Assembly (NCBI RefSeq): GCF_009914755.1
Contig: NC_060925.1
Reading direction: 5' to 3' (one strand)
Origin: the human T2T-CHM13v2.0 reference genome, Homo sapiens
DNA length: 64,000 bases
Positions 1 to 20,186 of the stretch are shown one piece after another; position 1 is the first letter of the stretch, and each line of letters starts with the position of its first letter. The position numbers were made by a program, and so were the translations under genes. The notes beneath the pieces were generated by a model. That model was not told where the DNA came from and ran no database searches. It saw only the letters and a list, made by a program, of their open reading frames with translations.

Positions 1-289
1 ATAAGAGAATATAGTAGAAGTTCTCTGTATACATCTACCTGGTGATAGCTGTGCTCCTGGATACAAGTGTGTAATTTTTTAAGTTTGTCTGGGCTCAGAG
101 GGCTAGATCCAAAATTATAAGGGAAATGAGCCAGAATGTTATCAAGATAATGCCAAAAGGCTGTTCTCTACTGCTCAGAAACATGGAAAAAGGAATACCC
201 ACAGTAAACTGAAGAGATGCATATGAAATCTCAGAAGCAATCTCTTAACTCCTAAAAATGTCTTACATTTGGAATGCAATCTGATTTAA

Positions 290-5435
<5,146 letters not shown>

Positions 5436-5592
5436 AAATGAGGTAATATAGTAAAGCTCCTGATACATAGTAAAGGGCTCAATTAATATATTATAGCTCT
5501 TGTGTAGAGCTTTTTGTGTGCAAGGAGATATCCCATATGACCTCTTGGTCTGATATTAACTAATTATTCCTTAAAATAAATGTCTGGAGTGG

Positions 5593-8500
5593 AGGGAAAA
5601 TGGACAGTGGGAGGTAGGACTGAATTGCTCCTCCCACTTGGATGGACAGAGCAGCATGTGGAAACTTGCATCGTGAACTTCAGCTCCAGAACTACTGCAG
5701 GAATATACCAGGAAAGCTGAGAGAACCCGCAGACTCTCTGAAGAAAGCAGATTGCTCCTGCAGAACTCGGAAGAGAGCCCAAATACTCTGAGTGCCCAAG
5801 GTGTGAAAGTGAGAAAAGGGTAATCATATGCTCCCAAACACAGACCCTCAATAGAGAACCTGAAGGTCTAGATCATGGGAGAAGGATTTGATCTTAACCT
5901 GGAGCTGAGTCAATTTAGAGAGCTGAGCAAAATACAGGGGTAGAGGAAGCAGTGGAAAAAGCCCTGTGGACTCTCTGGGTCCCCAGGGAAGCCATTTCTG
6001 ACTTTTCTCAAAAGGGTCCTTGGGAAGGGCTGCCAGAGGAACTGGGAAAAGATCACAGGGAGAAGGAAATCTTCAGCTGACTTTTGTAACAGTTCCAAAC
6101 AAACAAACTCAACGGAGGGTGTGAATCTGATGTGCAGACTCAACAAGCAGGAAGGTGTGAAAACCTGGCTTACTTTCTCAGCTGGGAGGCTGGTAGCCTG
6201 GTGCAGGGACTCAGCTCTGCTGACACACTGCCTGGAAACAAACTCGGTGATGTTGGGTTGGGGGCATGTTGGGAGTGAGAGCAGCTTTTTGGGTTGTGTG
6301 GGAGCTGGGTGAGACCTGTGATTGCTAGATTTCCCCCACTTCTCTCACAACCTGCATGACACAGCAGAGGCAGCCATAATCCTCCTGGAACATAACTCCA
6401 TTGACCTGGGAACCACAGCCCTACAGCCCAGCAGCTGCAACAAGCCTGCCCAGGAGAGTCTGAGCTCAAACATGCCTAACCCTGTCCCCACCTGATGGTC
6501 CTTCCCTACCTACCCTGGTAGTTGAAGACAAAGGGCATATTTTCTTGGGAGTTCTAGGGCCCTGCCCACTGCCTGATCCTCCCTATACTACCACAGCTGG
6601 TGCTCTCTTGAAAGTGCTACCTCTTGGCAAGAGGTCAACCAGCACAAAAACAGTGCATTAAACAACCAAAACTAAGAACCCTCTCAGAGTCCATTTCACT
6701 CTCCTGCTACCTCCACCAGAGCAGGTGCTGGTATCCACAGCTGAGAGATCTGAAGACGGTTCACATCCCAGGATTCTGTGCAAACAACCCCAAGTACCAG
6801 CCCAGAGCCTAGTGGCCTTGCTGGGTAGCTAGATCCAGAAGAGAAATAACATTCATGATTCTTCAGCTTTCAGGAAGTCACATCCCTAGGAAAAGGGGGA
6901 GAATATACATCAAGGGAACACTCTGTGGGACAGAGAATCTGAACAGCAGCCTTGAGCCCCAGATCTTCCCTCTGACATAGCCTACCCAAATGAGAAGGAA
7001 CCAGAATAACAATCCTGGTAATATGACAAAACAAGGTTTTTAAACAACCCACCCACCCCCCCAAAAAATCATACCAGCTCATGAGCAATGGATCCGAACC
7101 AAGAAGAAATCCCTGATTTACCTGAAAAAGAATTCAGAAGGTTGATTATTAAGCTAATCAAGGAGGCATCAGAGAAAGGTGAAGTCCAATTTAAGGAAAT
7201 AAAAAAAGATAGAAGATATGAGGGGAAAAGTCTTCAGTAAAATATATAGCATAAATAAAAAACAATCACAACTTCAGGAAATAAAAGACACACTTAGAGA
7301 AATGCAAAATATACTGGAAAGTCTCAGCAATAGAATTGAACAAGCAGAAGAAAGAACTTCAGAGCTCAAAGACAAGGTTTTAGAATTAACCCTATTCAAT
7401 AAAGACAAAGAAAAAAGAATTTAGAAAATGAACAAAGGCTCCAAGAAGTTGGTGGTTACATTAAATGACCAAACCTAAGAATAACTGTCATTCCTGAAAA
7501 AGAAGAGAAATCTAAAAGCTTGGAAAACTTATTTGGGGGAATAATCGAGGAAAACTTTCCTGGTCTTGCTAGACACCTAGACATTCAAATACAAGAAACT
7601 CAAAGAACACCTGGGAAATTCATTGCAAAAAGATCACTGCCTAGGCACACTGTCATTAGGTTATCTAAAGTCAAGATGAAGGAAAGAATCTTAAGAGCTG
7701 TGAGGCAAAAGCACCAGGTGCTTTTTCCTTATAGGCAAAACCCATAAAGGAAAACCTATCAGATTAACAGCAGATTTCTCAGCAGAAGGGATTGGGGCCC
7801 TATCATCAGCCTCCTTAAACGACACAATTATCAGCCAAGAATTTTGTATCCAGCAAAACTAAGCTTCATAAATAAAGGAAAGATACAATCTTTTTCTGAC
7901 AAATAAATGCTGAGAGAATTCACCACTACCAAGCCACCACTACAAAAACTGGTAAAAGAAGCTCTAAATCTTAAGACAAATCCTGAAAATACATCTAAAC
8001 AGAACCTCTCTAAAGCATAAATCTCACAAGACCTATAAAACAAAAATACAATAAAAAGAACCTCAAGGTGTACAGGCAACAAATAGCATAATGAATGGAA
8101 CAGTATCTCAAATATCAATACTAATGTTGAATATAAATGGCCTAAATGTTTCACTTAAAAGATACAGTATTGCAGAATGGATAAGAATTCACCAGCCAAG
8201 TATCTGCTGCCTTCAAGATACTGACCTAACACGTAAGGACTCATATAAACTTAGGGTAAAGGGGTGGAAAAAGACATTTCATGCAAATGGACACCAAAAG
8301 TGAGCAAAAGTAGCTATTCTTATGTCAGACAAAACAAACTTTAAAGCAACAGCAATTAAAAAAAGGAAAAGAGGGACATTGTATAATGACAAAAGGCCTT
8401 GTCCAACAGATAAATGCCACAATCCAAAATGTAAATGCACCTAACACTGGAGGTCCCAAATTTATAAAACAATTACTACTAGACCTAAGAAGTGAGATAG

Positions 8501-10744
8501 ACAGTAACACAATAATAGTAGGGGACTTCAATACCCCACTGACAGAACTAGACAGGTCATCAAAACAAAAGTCAACAAAGAAACTATAGATTTAACTATA
8601 CCCTGGAACAAATGGACTTAACATATATTTACAGAGCATTCTACCGAACAACTTCAGAATATACATTCTATTCATCAGTGCATGGAACTTTCTCCAAGAC
8701 AGACCATATGATAGGCCGCAAAACAAATCTCAATAAATTTAAGAAAATTCAGATTATATCAAGTACACTCTCATACCACAGTGGACTAAAATTGGAAATA
8801 AACTTCAAAAGGAACCTTCAAAACCAAGCAACTACATGGAAATTAAATAACCTGCTCCTGAGTGATCATTGGGTCAACAATGAAATCAAGAAAAAAATTA
8901 AAGAATTCTTCAAACTAAATGATAATAATGGCATAACATATCAAAATTTCTGGGATACAGCAAAGGCAGTGCTAAAAAGAAAGTTCATAGCCTTAAATGC
9001 CTACATCAAAAATCTGAAAGAGCACAAATAGATAATCTAAGGTCATACCTACAGAACTAGAGAAACAAGAACAAACCAAATCCAAACCCAGCAGAAGAAA
9101 GAAAAAAACAAGAACAGAGCAGAACTAAATAAAATTGAAACAAAAAATAGAAATGATAAATAAAATGAAAAGGTGGATCTTTAAAAAGATAAATAAAATT
9201 GATAGACCATTAGCAAGATTAACCAGGAAGAGAGCCAAATAAGTTCAACTAGAAACAAAACAGGAGACATTCCAACCAACACCACAGAAATACAAAAGAT
9301 TATTCAAGGCTACTATGAACACTTTAATGTGCATAAACTGAAAAAGCTAGAGGAGATGGATAAATTCCTGGAAAGATACAATCATCCTAGCTTAAATCGG
9401 GAAGAATTCGAAACCCTGAACAGACCAATAACAAGCAATGAGGATGAAAAGGTAATGAAAATATTATCAACAAAAAAAATGTCCAGGACCAGATGGATTC
9501 ACAATGCATTTCTACAAGACACTCAAAGAAGAATTGGTACCAATCCTATTGACACTATTCCACAAGACTGAGAAAGAGGGAATCCTCCCTAAACCATTCT
9601 ATGAAGCTAGTGTCACCCTAATACCAAAACCAGGAAAGAACATGACAAAAAAAAGAAAACTACAGAGCAATATCCCTGATTAACATAGATGCAAAAATCT
9701 TTCACAACATATTAGCTAACTGAATCTAACAGCATATCAAAAAGATAATCCGCCATGGTCAAGTGCATTTCATACCAGGGATGCAGGGATGGTTTAACAT
9801 ACACAAGTCAATAAATGTGATACACCACATAAACAGAATTAAAAACAAAAAAATCACATGATCATTTCAACAAACACAAAAAAAGCATTTGACAAAATTC
9901 AACATCCCCTTATGACTAAAACCCTCAGCAAAATTGGCATACAGGAAACATACTTCAATGTAATAAAAGCCATCTATGACAAATCCACAGCCAACAAAAT
10001 ACTGAATGGGGAAAAGTTGAAAGCATTCCCTCTGAGAACTGGAACAAGACAAGGATGCCTACTCTCACCACTTCTATTCAACACAGTACTGGAAGTCCTA
10101 GCAAGGGCAGTCAGACAACAGAAAGAAAGAAAGAAAGGGCATCCAAATCGGTAAAGAGGAAGTCAAACTCTTGCTGTCTGCTGACAATATGATTGTATAT
10201 CTACAAAACCCTAAAGACTCCTCCAGAAAGCTCCTAGAACTGACAAATCTCAAATAAATTTAAGAAAATTATAAAAGGCCTTGTCCTTTTATCATTTGCT
10301 GAATTTGGCACAAAATTTCAGGATACAAAATTAATGTATGCAAATCAGTAGCTCTGCTATATATTAACAGCTACCAAACTGAGAACCAAATCAAGAACTC
10401 AACCCCTTTTACAATAGCTGCAAAATAATAATAATAATAATAAAATACTTAGGAATATACCTAACCAAGTAGGCGAAAGACCTCTACAAGGAAAACAACA
10501 AAACACTGCTGAAAGAAATCATAGATGACTCAAACAAATGGAAACACATCCCATGCTCATGAATGGGTAGAATCAGCATCGTGAAAAAATTGTAGACTGC
10601 AAAAAGCGATCTACAAATTAAATGCAATTCTCATCAAAATACCACCATTATTGTTCACAGAACTAGAGAAAAAATCCTAAAATTCATATGAAATCAAACA
10701 AGAGCCTGCATAGCCAAAGTAATACTAAGCAAAAAGAACAAATC
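5593..10744 (+). mobile_element. L1PB-like element with 5'UTR, ORF1 and most of ORF2; 3' end missing
   Basis: ORF1 remnants 7218-7747, ORF2 endonuclease (MNGTVSQISILMLNINGLN at 8091) and RT remnants to about 10744; many stops and frameshifts; absent from the paralog after 60269. Confidence 0.88.
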
Positions 10745-12320
10745 AAAGGTATGAATACCAGGAGGCAGAGATCAATGGTGCCACCTTAGAGGCTGCCTAT
10801 CATACCATTATTGTCAGCCTCTGGAGCACCTGGTTGAATGGCATCTATGTAACCTCTCCCACCAAGATAATTGGCAGACAGCATAGTAAGTAGAAAATGG
10901 AAATGAGATTTTACTAAACCCTTCTCCTTCCTCACTTCGAAGGCCTTCTGGGAAAGACAGCAAAGTTGAGCTCATATAAACCAAAAGCTCTGGCCCCAGC
11001 TCTACCTGCATGGTGGGGGGAATGGCCCATTCTTCCTTACTTCTGACAACTGGCTCTTCAAATACATTTCAAATACCTGGGAACCTATTCATATCCATCC
11101 TCTGAATGGGAAGAAAATTGCTTCTCCTTGGCAAACAGCTTTGGCCTGGGCAATGGTCCCAATCTGTCATTAGTATGAGAAACTTTCCAGTATTTTCATT
11201 TTTGTGGTCACTGTTCTCTTCTATTTCCTTTTATGTATTAGTTCATAAGCACTATGTTTCAAAAGGACTAAGACATTCTAGAGTCCTTGATTGTTCACTC
11301 ATCTTTCCATTCATTTTTTAAATAAACATTTATTAAGTTCCTTTATATGTCAGATGTTATGAAAATTCTCATGGTAATAAAAAGATGTATGAGACATAGA
11401 CATTTTATTTAGTCAAACACTCAACAATGTTTCAACATCTACTCTGTACACGGTGCTAAGGATCAATAAAGGAGTAGTCCAGTTTTAAGACAACACAACA
11501 AAAACAAACTCTCAACTCCACTGGCTGTAACACCTTTCTACTGAGATCTTCATGGCACAAATTATTGATGAACAGGTATTTTTTTTTAGTGGTCACTCTC
11601 TTCACTTTTTCCTTCTACTCCTCAACGCACAGATGAATTGTGGGTTGTACTTTCCAGTTGAACTTTCAACCCAAATATTCGAGGAAATTGCTCTTACCAA
11701 ATTACTTAGGATGTTGCCAAAACCAATGGTCAATTCTCTTCCTATTGTATTTGATGCACCAGCAGCATCCATCATAGTGGACCACGCTCCTCTTGAAACA
11801 CTTTCTCCAGTTGACTTTTACAATGCCATCCCCTCCTAATTTTCCTCCTGCCACCAACTTCTACTCAGTATCTTTAGCTGGCCCCTCCTCCTCTTTTCAA
11901 CCTCTAAATGTTGATATATCTATTCCAGGATTCAGTCTGGAAACTTTTCCTTTTATCCATGAATATTATTACCCTAGCTTATTTCATCTAGTCCTGTGCC
12001 TTTAAAAATTATTATATGCTTCTCACATACAAATTGACCTCTCTAGGACTAGCACAGGGGGTGTAATTATCCTAAAGTAACCCAGAATTTTAATAAGCTG
12101 GCCAAGAAGAGGGATTTTCCTTTTTCCAGCATGAGGGACTGTGCCTAATATAGCTCCCTGTAGAATGGGTGTCTTCTCCCCTAAGAAAAGGGAAACTCTT
12201 TGCATGAGTCCCAAGGACTCTAGGTGCTGGGTAGTTGATTTTCGCAGACAATCTTGTGAATAGCTGGCACCTAAATCCAGACTGTTTCACGGCAACAGCC
12301 TGTATTCCTCCCTTGAGGAT

Positions 12321-12412
12321 CCTGTGTCCTTGTGCTTACATCATAAAAAGTTATAATAAGGGATGTAAGCCTGTGTCCTTGTGCTTACATCATAAAAAGT
12401 TATAATAAGGGA
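12321..12412. repeat. 43-bp perfect direct duplication
   Basis: CCTGTGTCCTTGTGCTTACATCATAAAAAGTTATAATAAGGGA at 12321-12363 and 12370-12412; single copy in the paralog near 62804. Confidence 0.9.
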
Positions 12413-12769
12413 GATTAGTGTTCCTACACTGGAATGAATACTCACATTGTTAGCCCAGCAATTTCCTAACAATTTATGCATCAGCATAAGATAGGAGGAT
12501 GGGGAAATCATGCTGCCTATTCTTTTGCTGATCAGTAATCTTTGTGAGTTTTCCTAATACAGCGTATTATTTAACCCGTGATCATCATATTGAGAAATTC
12601 TTTACAAACTCTGATGCCAATAGGTGGTAACTCAGATGAGTATCACTTTACACAGCATGCTGACCTTCTCTGAGCATGTGGAGGACAATTTCATTGTCTC
12701 AGGATTGCATGTATGAAAGACTATCATTTTTTCCATTGAATTTGCTTTTGTCAAAATCAATTGGTCGTA

Positions 12770-14225
<1,456 letters not shown>

Positions 14226-14719
14226 AAGTTGGTAGTGTGGCCCCCAGCAGCCTTGCTCTTTGTCCTACTGCTCACTTTCCTAAAGAAAGCAAAATATTTA
14301 TTGGTTTAAAGAAAGCTTACAGTTATTGCTTCCACTCAGACTCCAAGAGACACTGCCTGAACTCTAAGAGCCTCCAGAACTCTCAACAGCTGAAGGAACA
14401 TTTGGTCCCACCCTGAAGGTCATGGGGGTCTGTAAGGTGCACTCCAGCATCTGATATGGCAGGCAAAGGTGTGTGATGCACCTGGGTGGTTTCAGATAGT
14501 GCTCCACAAGTCCCAGGGCCCGTGTCTAGTTCTGAGAGCTTCAGAAGACAAGCTGCTACACCTTGCATCACAGGACCAACCTTTCCTAGGCAAGTGGGTT
14601 TGAAGCATTGGCAGCCAGGTTCCAAGTAGAAGGTGAATGTCTACAACACAGGAGAAAGGCAAGACCCAGAATGGGGAGTCAAGCTAAATCATTTGTAGAG
14701 TATGACTTCCAACAACTTC

Positions 14720-15200
14720 AGAAAGCATTCTTTTGAAGTGCTTATGGCATTTCCACCAACATAGACCATAGGCTGGACCATAAAACAAATCTCAATATAT
14801 ATCAAAGAATCAAAATCATACAGAGTATATGCTCTGGCCACAATAATATTTAATTAGAAATACATAACAATAAGAAAATCCCCAGTTTTAGAAAACATGC
14901 AACATGCTTCTCAATAACACTTGGGTCAAAGAAGACATCACAAGAAAAAATTCAAAACATCAGTAACTGAATAATGATAACCCAATGCATCAAAATGTTG
15001 GATACAGCTAACATAGTGTTTAGAGAGAAATTTACAACTTTAAATGCCTATGGTGGAAATGAGCAAAGAAGTAAAGTCAATTATCTACGCTTTTATCATA
15101 AGAACCCTGAAAAAGAAGAGTAAAATAAACCCAAAGTTAATAAACATTTAAGCCAATAATAAAAATAATGAAAATCATGAAATAGAAAAATGAACAAACA
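14720..15200 (+). mobile_element. Degraded L1M ORF2 (endonuclease region) fragment
   Basis: Encodes FTNIDH(R/M)L.HKT.LN-type L1 motifs; paralog at 38310-38800. Confidence 0.6.
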
Positions 15201-15490
15201 ATAGAGACAATCAGTGGTCAATTTTTCTGTACTCCATGAACAAAACTTCAGTTCAGAATGATTTTATATTTAAATATATATCCAGAATCACAAAGATCTT
15301 AGAAGAAAAAATTAGGAAAATATAGGAATAAAGTGGGAACTCTGTGGGAATAAAAATCAGAAAGTAATTGCCTACCAGGTAAACTCGGGGGAGGGCAGGC
15401 AATTGACTAAGAACAGGCAGATAAAACTTTCTGGAGTGAAGGAAATGGTGGTCTTCTTTTCGTTGGTACTTACATGGACATATATAACTG

Positions 15491-15499
15491 TCAAGGTTC
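15491..15499 (+). promoter_or_regulatory. Distal NR5A (SF-1/LRH-1)-type site TCAAGGTTC
   Basis: Motif match about 910 bp upstream of the TSS; changed to TCAAAGTTC in the pseudogene. Confidence 0.4.
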
Positions 15500-16200
15500 A
15501 TTGACAATGAACACTTAAGTGTACACTGAACGCTTAAGATCTGGGCCTTGTAATGCCCAGATTACATCTACTTAAAAAAACTACTTAAAAAAACTACATC
15601 TCTATTTTTTTAAGTAGAGAAAAGTGTCTTGGGGAGTTTATGGCAGTGATGTTTGGGCAGACTGGGGCATAGGTTTCAGAAGCATTCATAGCATCTTCAG
15701 TTCAACAATTTGCTAAGAATGGTTTTGCAGCCAAAAATGTAAGATGAGTGCAAATATCTATGATTAGAGTCATTGGGCATACAACTACAAATCCCCACAC
15801 TTGTATTACAGGCCATATGATTAATTCGTTATCACTAGATACCTTTCCTTCAATGAGGTTCTTCCATTAGGAACCCAGAGCTCTCCAGGGAAAAATTGCA
15901 ATTGAGGTTTTGGATATATTGGGTGGAAAAGAAAGTCACCTCACATAAAACTTAGTGATTGGAGCTGTCACCATTGAAAATTTCTAAACTTTGCAAGACA
16001 GCAGTGACGTTTCAAATGACACTCTCAGAGAGTTGATAATGGGCTAAAATAGATCTCCCTCCAGGTGGATTTACTGTACAAGGACAACATTTACATTGCA
16101 CTTGGAGACTTCTCCCAGTTTGGTTTAAGTTCACAGATTGCAGATCCCAGACAGCTGGTATCAACTGACCAGTGTTCTGTTAAGGCTAAAGCCAAGACTC

Positions 16201-16400
16201 TTTATCACACTGTGGCCTTAAGATTGGATTTCTCTTCCTGTTCCTGGGAAGAATTAGAGATATAACCTAAAGGTCACTATTATTCTGAGAAAAGGGATTC
16301 TGGAGGAGGAGGGAGCAATGAGTATGTGGCAGGAGTTCAAGGTAATAAGGGCTGAGACACAAGCCACAGAGCATAAAGCTCCAGTCCTTCCTCCAGGGAT
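16201..16400 (+). promoter_or_regulatory. HSD3B2: HSD3B2 proximal promoter: GATA (TTATCA 16202-16207), STAT6 (TTCCTGGGAA 16241-16250), NBRE/Nur77 (AAAGGTCA 16269-16276), STAT5 (TTCTGAGAA 16283-16291), SF-1 (TCAAGGTAA 16337-16345), TATA-like ATAAA (16373-16377)
   Basis: Motifs read directly; with a TSS at 16401 they fall at about -160, -132, -118/-110, -64/-56 and -28, which matches the characterised HSD3B2 promoter as I recall it. Confidence 0.88.
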
Positions 16401-16559
16401 GAGGCAGTAAGGACTTGGACTCCTCTGTCCAGCTTTTAACAATCTAAGTTACGGTTAGAGCTTTCTCCTTTTCTTTCAACTACTCCTGGCAGTTGTGGGG
16501 TCATGGAATTTTTGTAAAAAATGGGGTGGAGGAAAATAAGGCATCTGCTGAGTGTATAA

Positions 16560-16817
<258 letters not shown>

Positions 16818-17305
16818 TAAACTTGAGTCATGGGTCTGTGGCTCCATCTTAAACTCTGCATGGGTGTGGGGAGGTTGACCTTGTCTAGCAAGTTAAGGAA
16901 AGTTGTAGCCAAATGAAAGCCAGTCACACATCTAAAGTCATCAGAAAGGAAATAGAATAAAATGGTATAGTGTGAAAGATACTGGATGGGGTGTCCAGAG
17001 ACTGGATTCTGGCCCTGACGCAGAACTTGAGAGGCAGCCATGTCAGCCTCAAGGCCCCTTTTCTTCTCTTCTAGAGAGTCACACATGAGTTCTCCTTCTT
17101 GTCTACAACTCTTATGTTCTGAAGCTTTTTGTCTTGGCGATTGCTGTGCGACATTCACAAAGGACATCATTTACCTGGAGACCTCACCAGTGGGTCCTGC
17201 CTGTCTAGACTGCCCCAGGCTTCATTTCATTTTATAGCTTCCTTAGTATCTTTAGTGAGGGCAAAATAAAAGGAAGTGAAGGTACGGATGTGTGTGTAAT
17301 TGTGT

Positions 17306-17475
17306 GTGTGTGTCAGACAGAGAAAGAAAATGAGGGGGAAAGAAGGTCAGAGACAGAGAATGAGAAAGACAGAGAATGAATGAGAAAGATAGTGTGAGGG
17401 AGAGCATCAGCAAGAGAGAGAGAGTGAAAGTGAGAGAGATCATCAGTGAGAGAGAGAGAAAGAGAGAAAGAGAGC
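17306..17475. repeat. (TG)n followed by a GA-rich low-complexity tract in intron 2
   Basis: Visible simple repeat; shorter paralog at 40850-40975. Confidence 0.8.
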
Positions 17476-18229
17476 ATGCACAAGTACACAGCACAGAGCA
17501 GAGACAGAGTAAAAGGCAGTATGAGGCCAACATGCCTCATTTATATTTCTCATATATAGCCTTTTTTAAAAAAAACCATTTGTATCTGTTGTTCAATACT
17601 CCAAATAAATTGACTGCAGAATTTGCTGTAGTAACTCTTTGTGCAAATAACCCTGTGAGGAAGGTAGAAAAGGGGTCACCTCCAACTGGACAATGAACCC
17701 ATCAAGTTCCAGAAACATAAAGTTACTTGCCAAGAACAGCTGATTAATGTGTAGCAGAGCTCAGACCAGAGCTTCATTCCAGAAGCTTCATCACTTGACC
17801 CCCGGGCTAATCCTTGGTGGGTCTTCAGTCTCTCCCTTTGCCTCTCTGTGTGCCCCAAACCAATTCCATGTTTTCCTCCCAACCCAGGGGACTGGGGGAA
17901 CTATGTATCTTCTTCATGCAGGTTCTGGCTGCCTAGAAGGTCCTGCCCTGTTCACACAGAAGCTCCCCTTGACACTCTCCTCTTCTTTCACTCTTCTCTG
18001 ACCTCTTTAAATGTCCAATTTCCTCCACTCTCTGTTCTAATAGTGAACAGATATTAACACATGACTGATATTAAATGTTTGTAATCCTTATGTCTCAGCA
18101 ATATTTACAATCTAACATCTGATACCAGGAAAAAGCAATGCTCAGTCTAGAGGAAGAGTTCTGCTATGGTGAAAATGCAGGGAGCATAATGGATGGGCAG
18201 GGCCTGTATGAAGATAAAAACAGAGAATC

Positions 18230-18450
18230 CTTTCAGTGTTCTTTCTGTGCCAGGCACTGTGCTAAAGGTTTTGCATGTGCTGACTCATTTACTCCCCATA
18301 ACAACCCTATGAGATGGGTAATACTATTATCCTCCTTTTTTATAGATGAGGAGACAGACACAGAGAGGTTAATCAACTTGTCGAAGGTCCCAAGTTAGAT
18401 TACGGCAAAGCTGGATTTGAATCCAGGCAGTCTAGTGCAGCTTCTGTGCT
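18230..18450 (-). mobile_element. MIR
   Basis: TGTGCCAGGCACTGTGCTAA...ACAACCCTATGAG...ATAGATGAGGAGACAGA...GGATTTGAATCCAGGCAGTCT. Confidence 0.75.
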
Positions 18451-19865
18451 CTTAAGTAGTAGTTTGTCTAGCAGCTTCTCTGAGCCTCCCTCCAGCCCAA
18501 CACACAACACAAAAGCAACTGAATTTAGTCTACATGAAACACTTGCCAAGTCCACAGTGCCTTGGAGAAGGAGGGAGCTAAGACTCCATCAAAAATTGCG
18601 CTTTTCTGGTCTCTCTAGATCCATGGAAACTCACCAGGGAAGAGTCATTTTCTATCGGCTTTGGACTTCTGCTATGAAATGGCAATTCCTTTGAGCCAGT
18701 CTGTCTAAAGTCGGCAGCAAAGGAGAAGCAGATGAAGGGAGTAGAAAAGGTAGAGGTGGAAATACAACCAGAGAAAATTCCACTCTCGGGCTGACACCCA
18801 CCTCCTCCCCAGCAGCCTCTTCCCTGCCTCCACCATTCCAGGGCCTTCTTGGAGTTGCCTGACAGTGGGAAGGGGCTGGGAGTAGACAAAACAAGGCAGA
18901 GGCATCAGGAGAGCAAATGGTCCTGCCTGTAACCCAGGAAGGAATTTCTCCAGCCTTGAATTTTTCATTCTGAATTTCGCTCTCACTGTTCTTTGGCCTT
19001 TGTTGGCATTTTCAGTTAAACTGGCTTATTCTTACTCTTTCTCAGAAAAGTTGATTCTAAACAGCTATTCCTGCACCTGGGGTACAGGGTACAAAAATGG
19101 CAGGTGGAATGGGCAGGTTTGAGCCTTCACTAGAAAATTGACTTTAGATCTGTCCCTTAACCTCTCTGAGCCTCAGTTTCCTCACCAATAAAGTGGGACT
19201 CAGAATACCTACCTCACGAGATAGCTGTAAAAGGAAATAAGCAAGCTGTGAGCCGTATGCAGATTATAAAGCACAAATGAGTGTAGAGTATTTATCTGAG
19301 CTCCTTGTAGCATGGTGTTCATTTTGTGGGCTAATTCCAGGTGACAACTTTACCGGCAGCGTCACTACCTGTGGATTTCAGAGGAGCCTGAAGATATGGA
19401 TGTTACATCCGCTGCCCTTGGCTAGACATTAGACAGCTGAGATGTTAGTTCATTGGTGGCTAACTCATTTTCAGCATTGCTATCTGCTTTTTATGATATC
19501 TGATAAAAGTTTCTCAATGAAATTAATCATTTAAGCCCATCTGCAATTCCTGAGTAATGGCTCCACTCTCCTCCCAGTTGCCCAAGCAGGAAACTGTAAG
19601 GGTGATTTTGTCTCCTTTTCCTCTCATCCCAGCTCCAGTAGGTACCAGGACCTTCAAGGTGAGGTCTGAAATTCAAACCTGGAGTGCATCTCTCCCCTCC
19701 TCTGCTTCCACTGCTGGACCCTGGTTCCAGTCCTCATCTAAACTTTGGCACAGACATTCTGATTAATCTCTTGATCACCTGGCTTTCTCATTTCCCCTAT
19801 ACCAGTCTGTTTTATATCCTCAAGCCAAGGTAAACTTCCTACGCCACAACTCTGCGTCTGTTTAT

Positions 19866-19866
19866 C

Positions 19867-19903
<37 letters not shown>

Positions 19904-20186
19904 TTGAGACAGGGTCTTTCTCTGCCACTGAGGCTAGCATGCAGTGGCATGATCTCAATTCACTGCAACCTCCACCTCCCAGACTCCATCCATCCTCCTG
20001 CTTCAGGTTTGTGATTAGCTGGGACTATAGGCACATACCATCACGCCCAGCTAATTTTTGTAATTTTAGTAAAGACAGGGTTTTGCCATGTTTTCCAGCC
20101 AGACCTCCACCTCCAGAAATCAAGTGATTCACCACCTCAGAGTCCCAAAGAGCTGGAATTACAGGAATGAGCCACTGCACCCGGCC
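19866..20186 (-). mobile_element. Old Alu (AluJ-like) with (TAA)n tail, shared with the pseudogene
   Basis: Antisense Alu body; same position at 43256-43609 in the paralog. Confidence 0.85.

Noticed and set aside
17252-17696. Hydrophobic and charged ORFs in intron 2
   Set aside because: Translations of GA/TC low-complexity repeat
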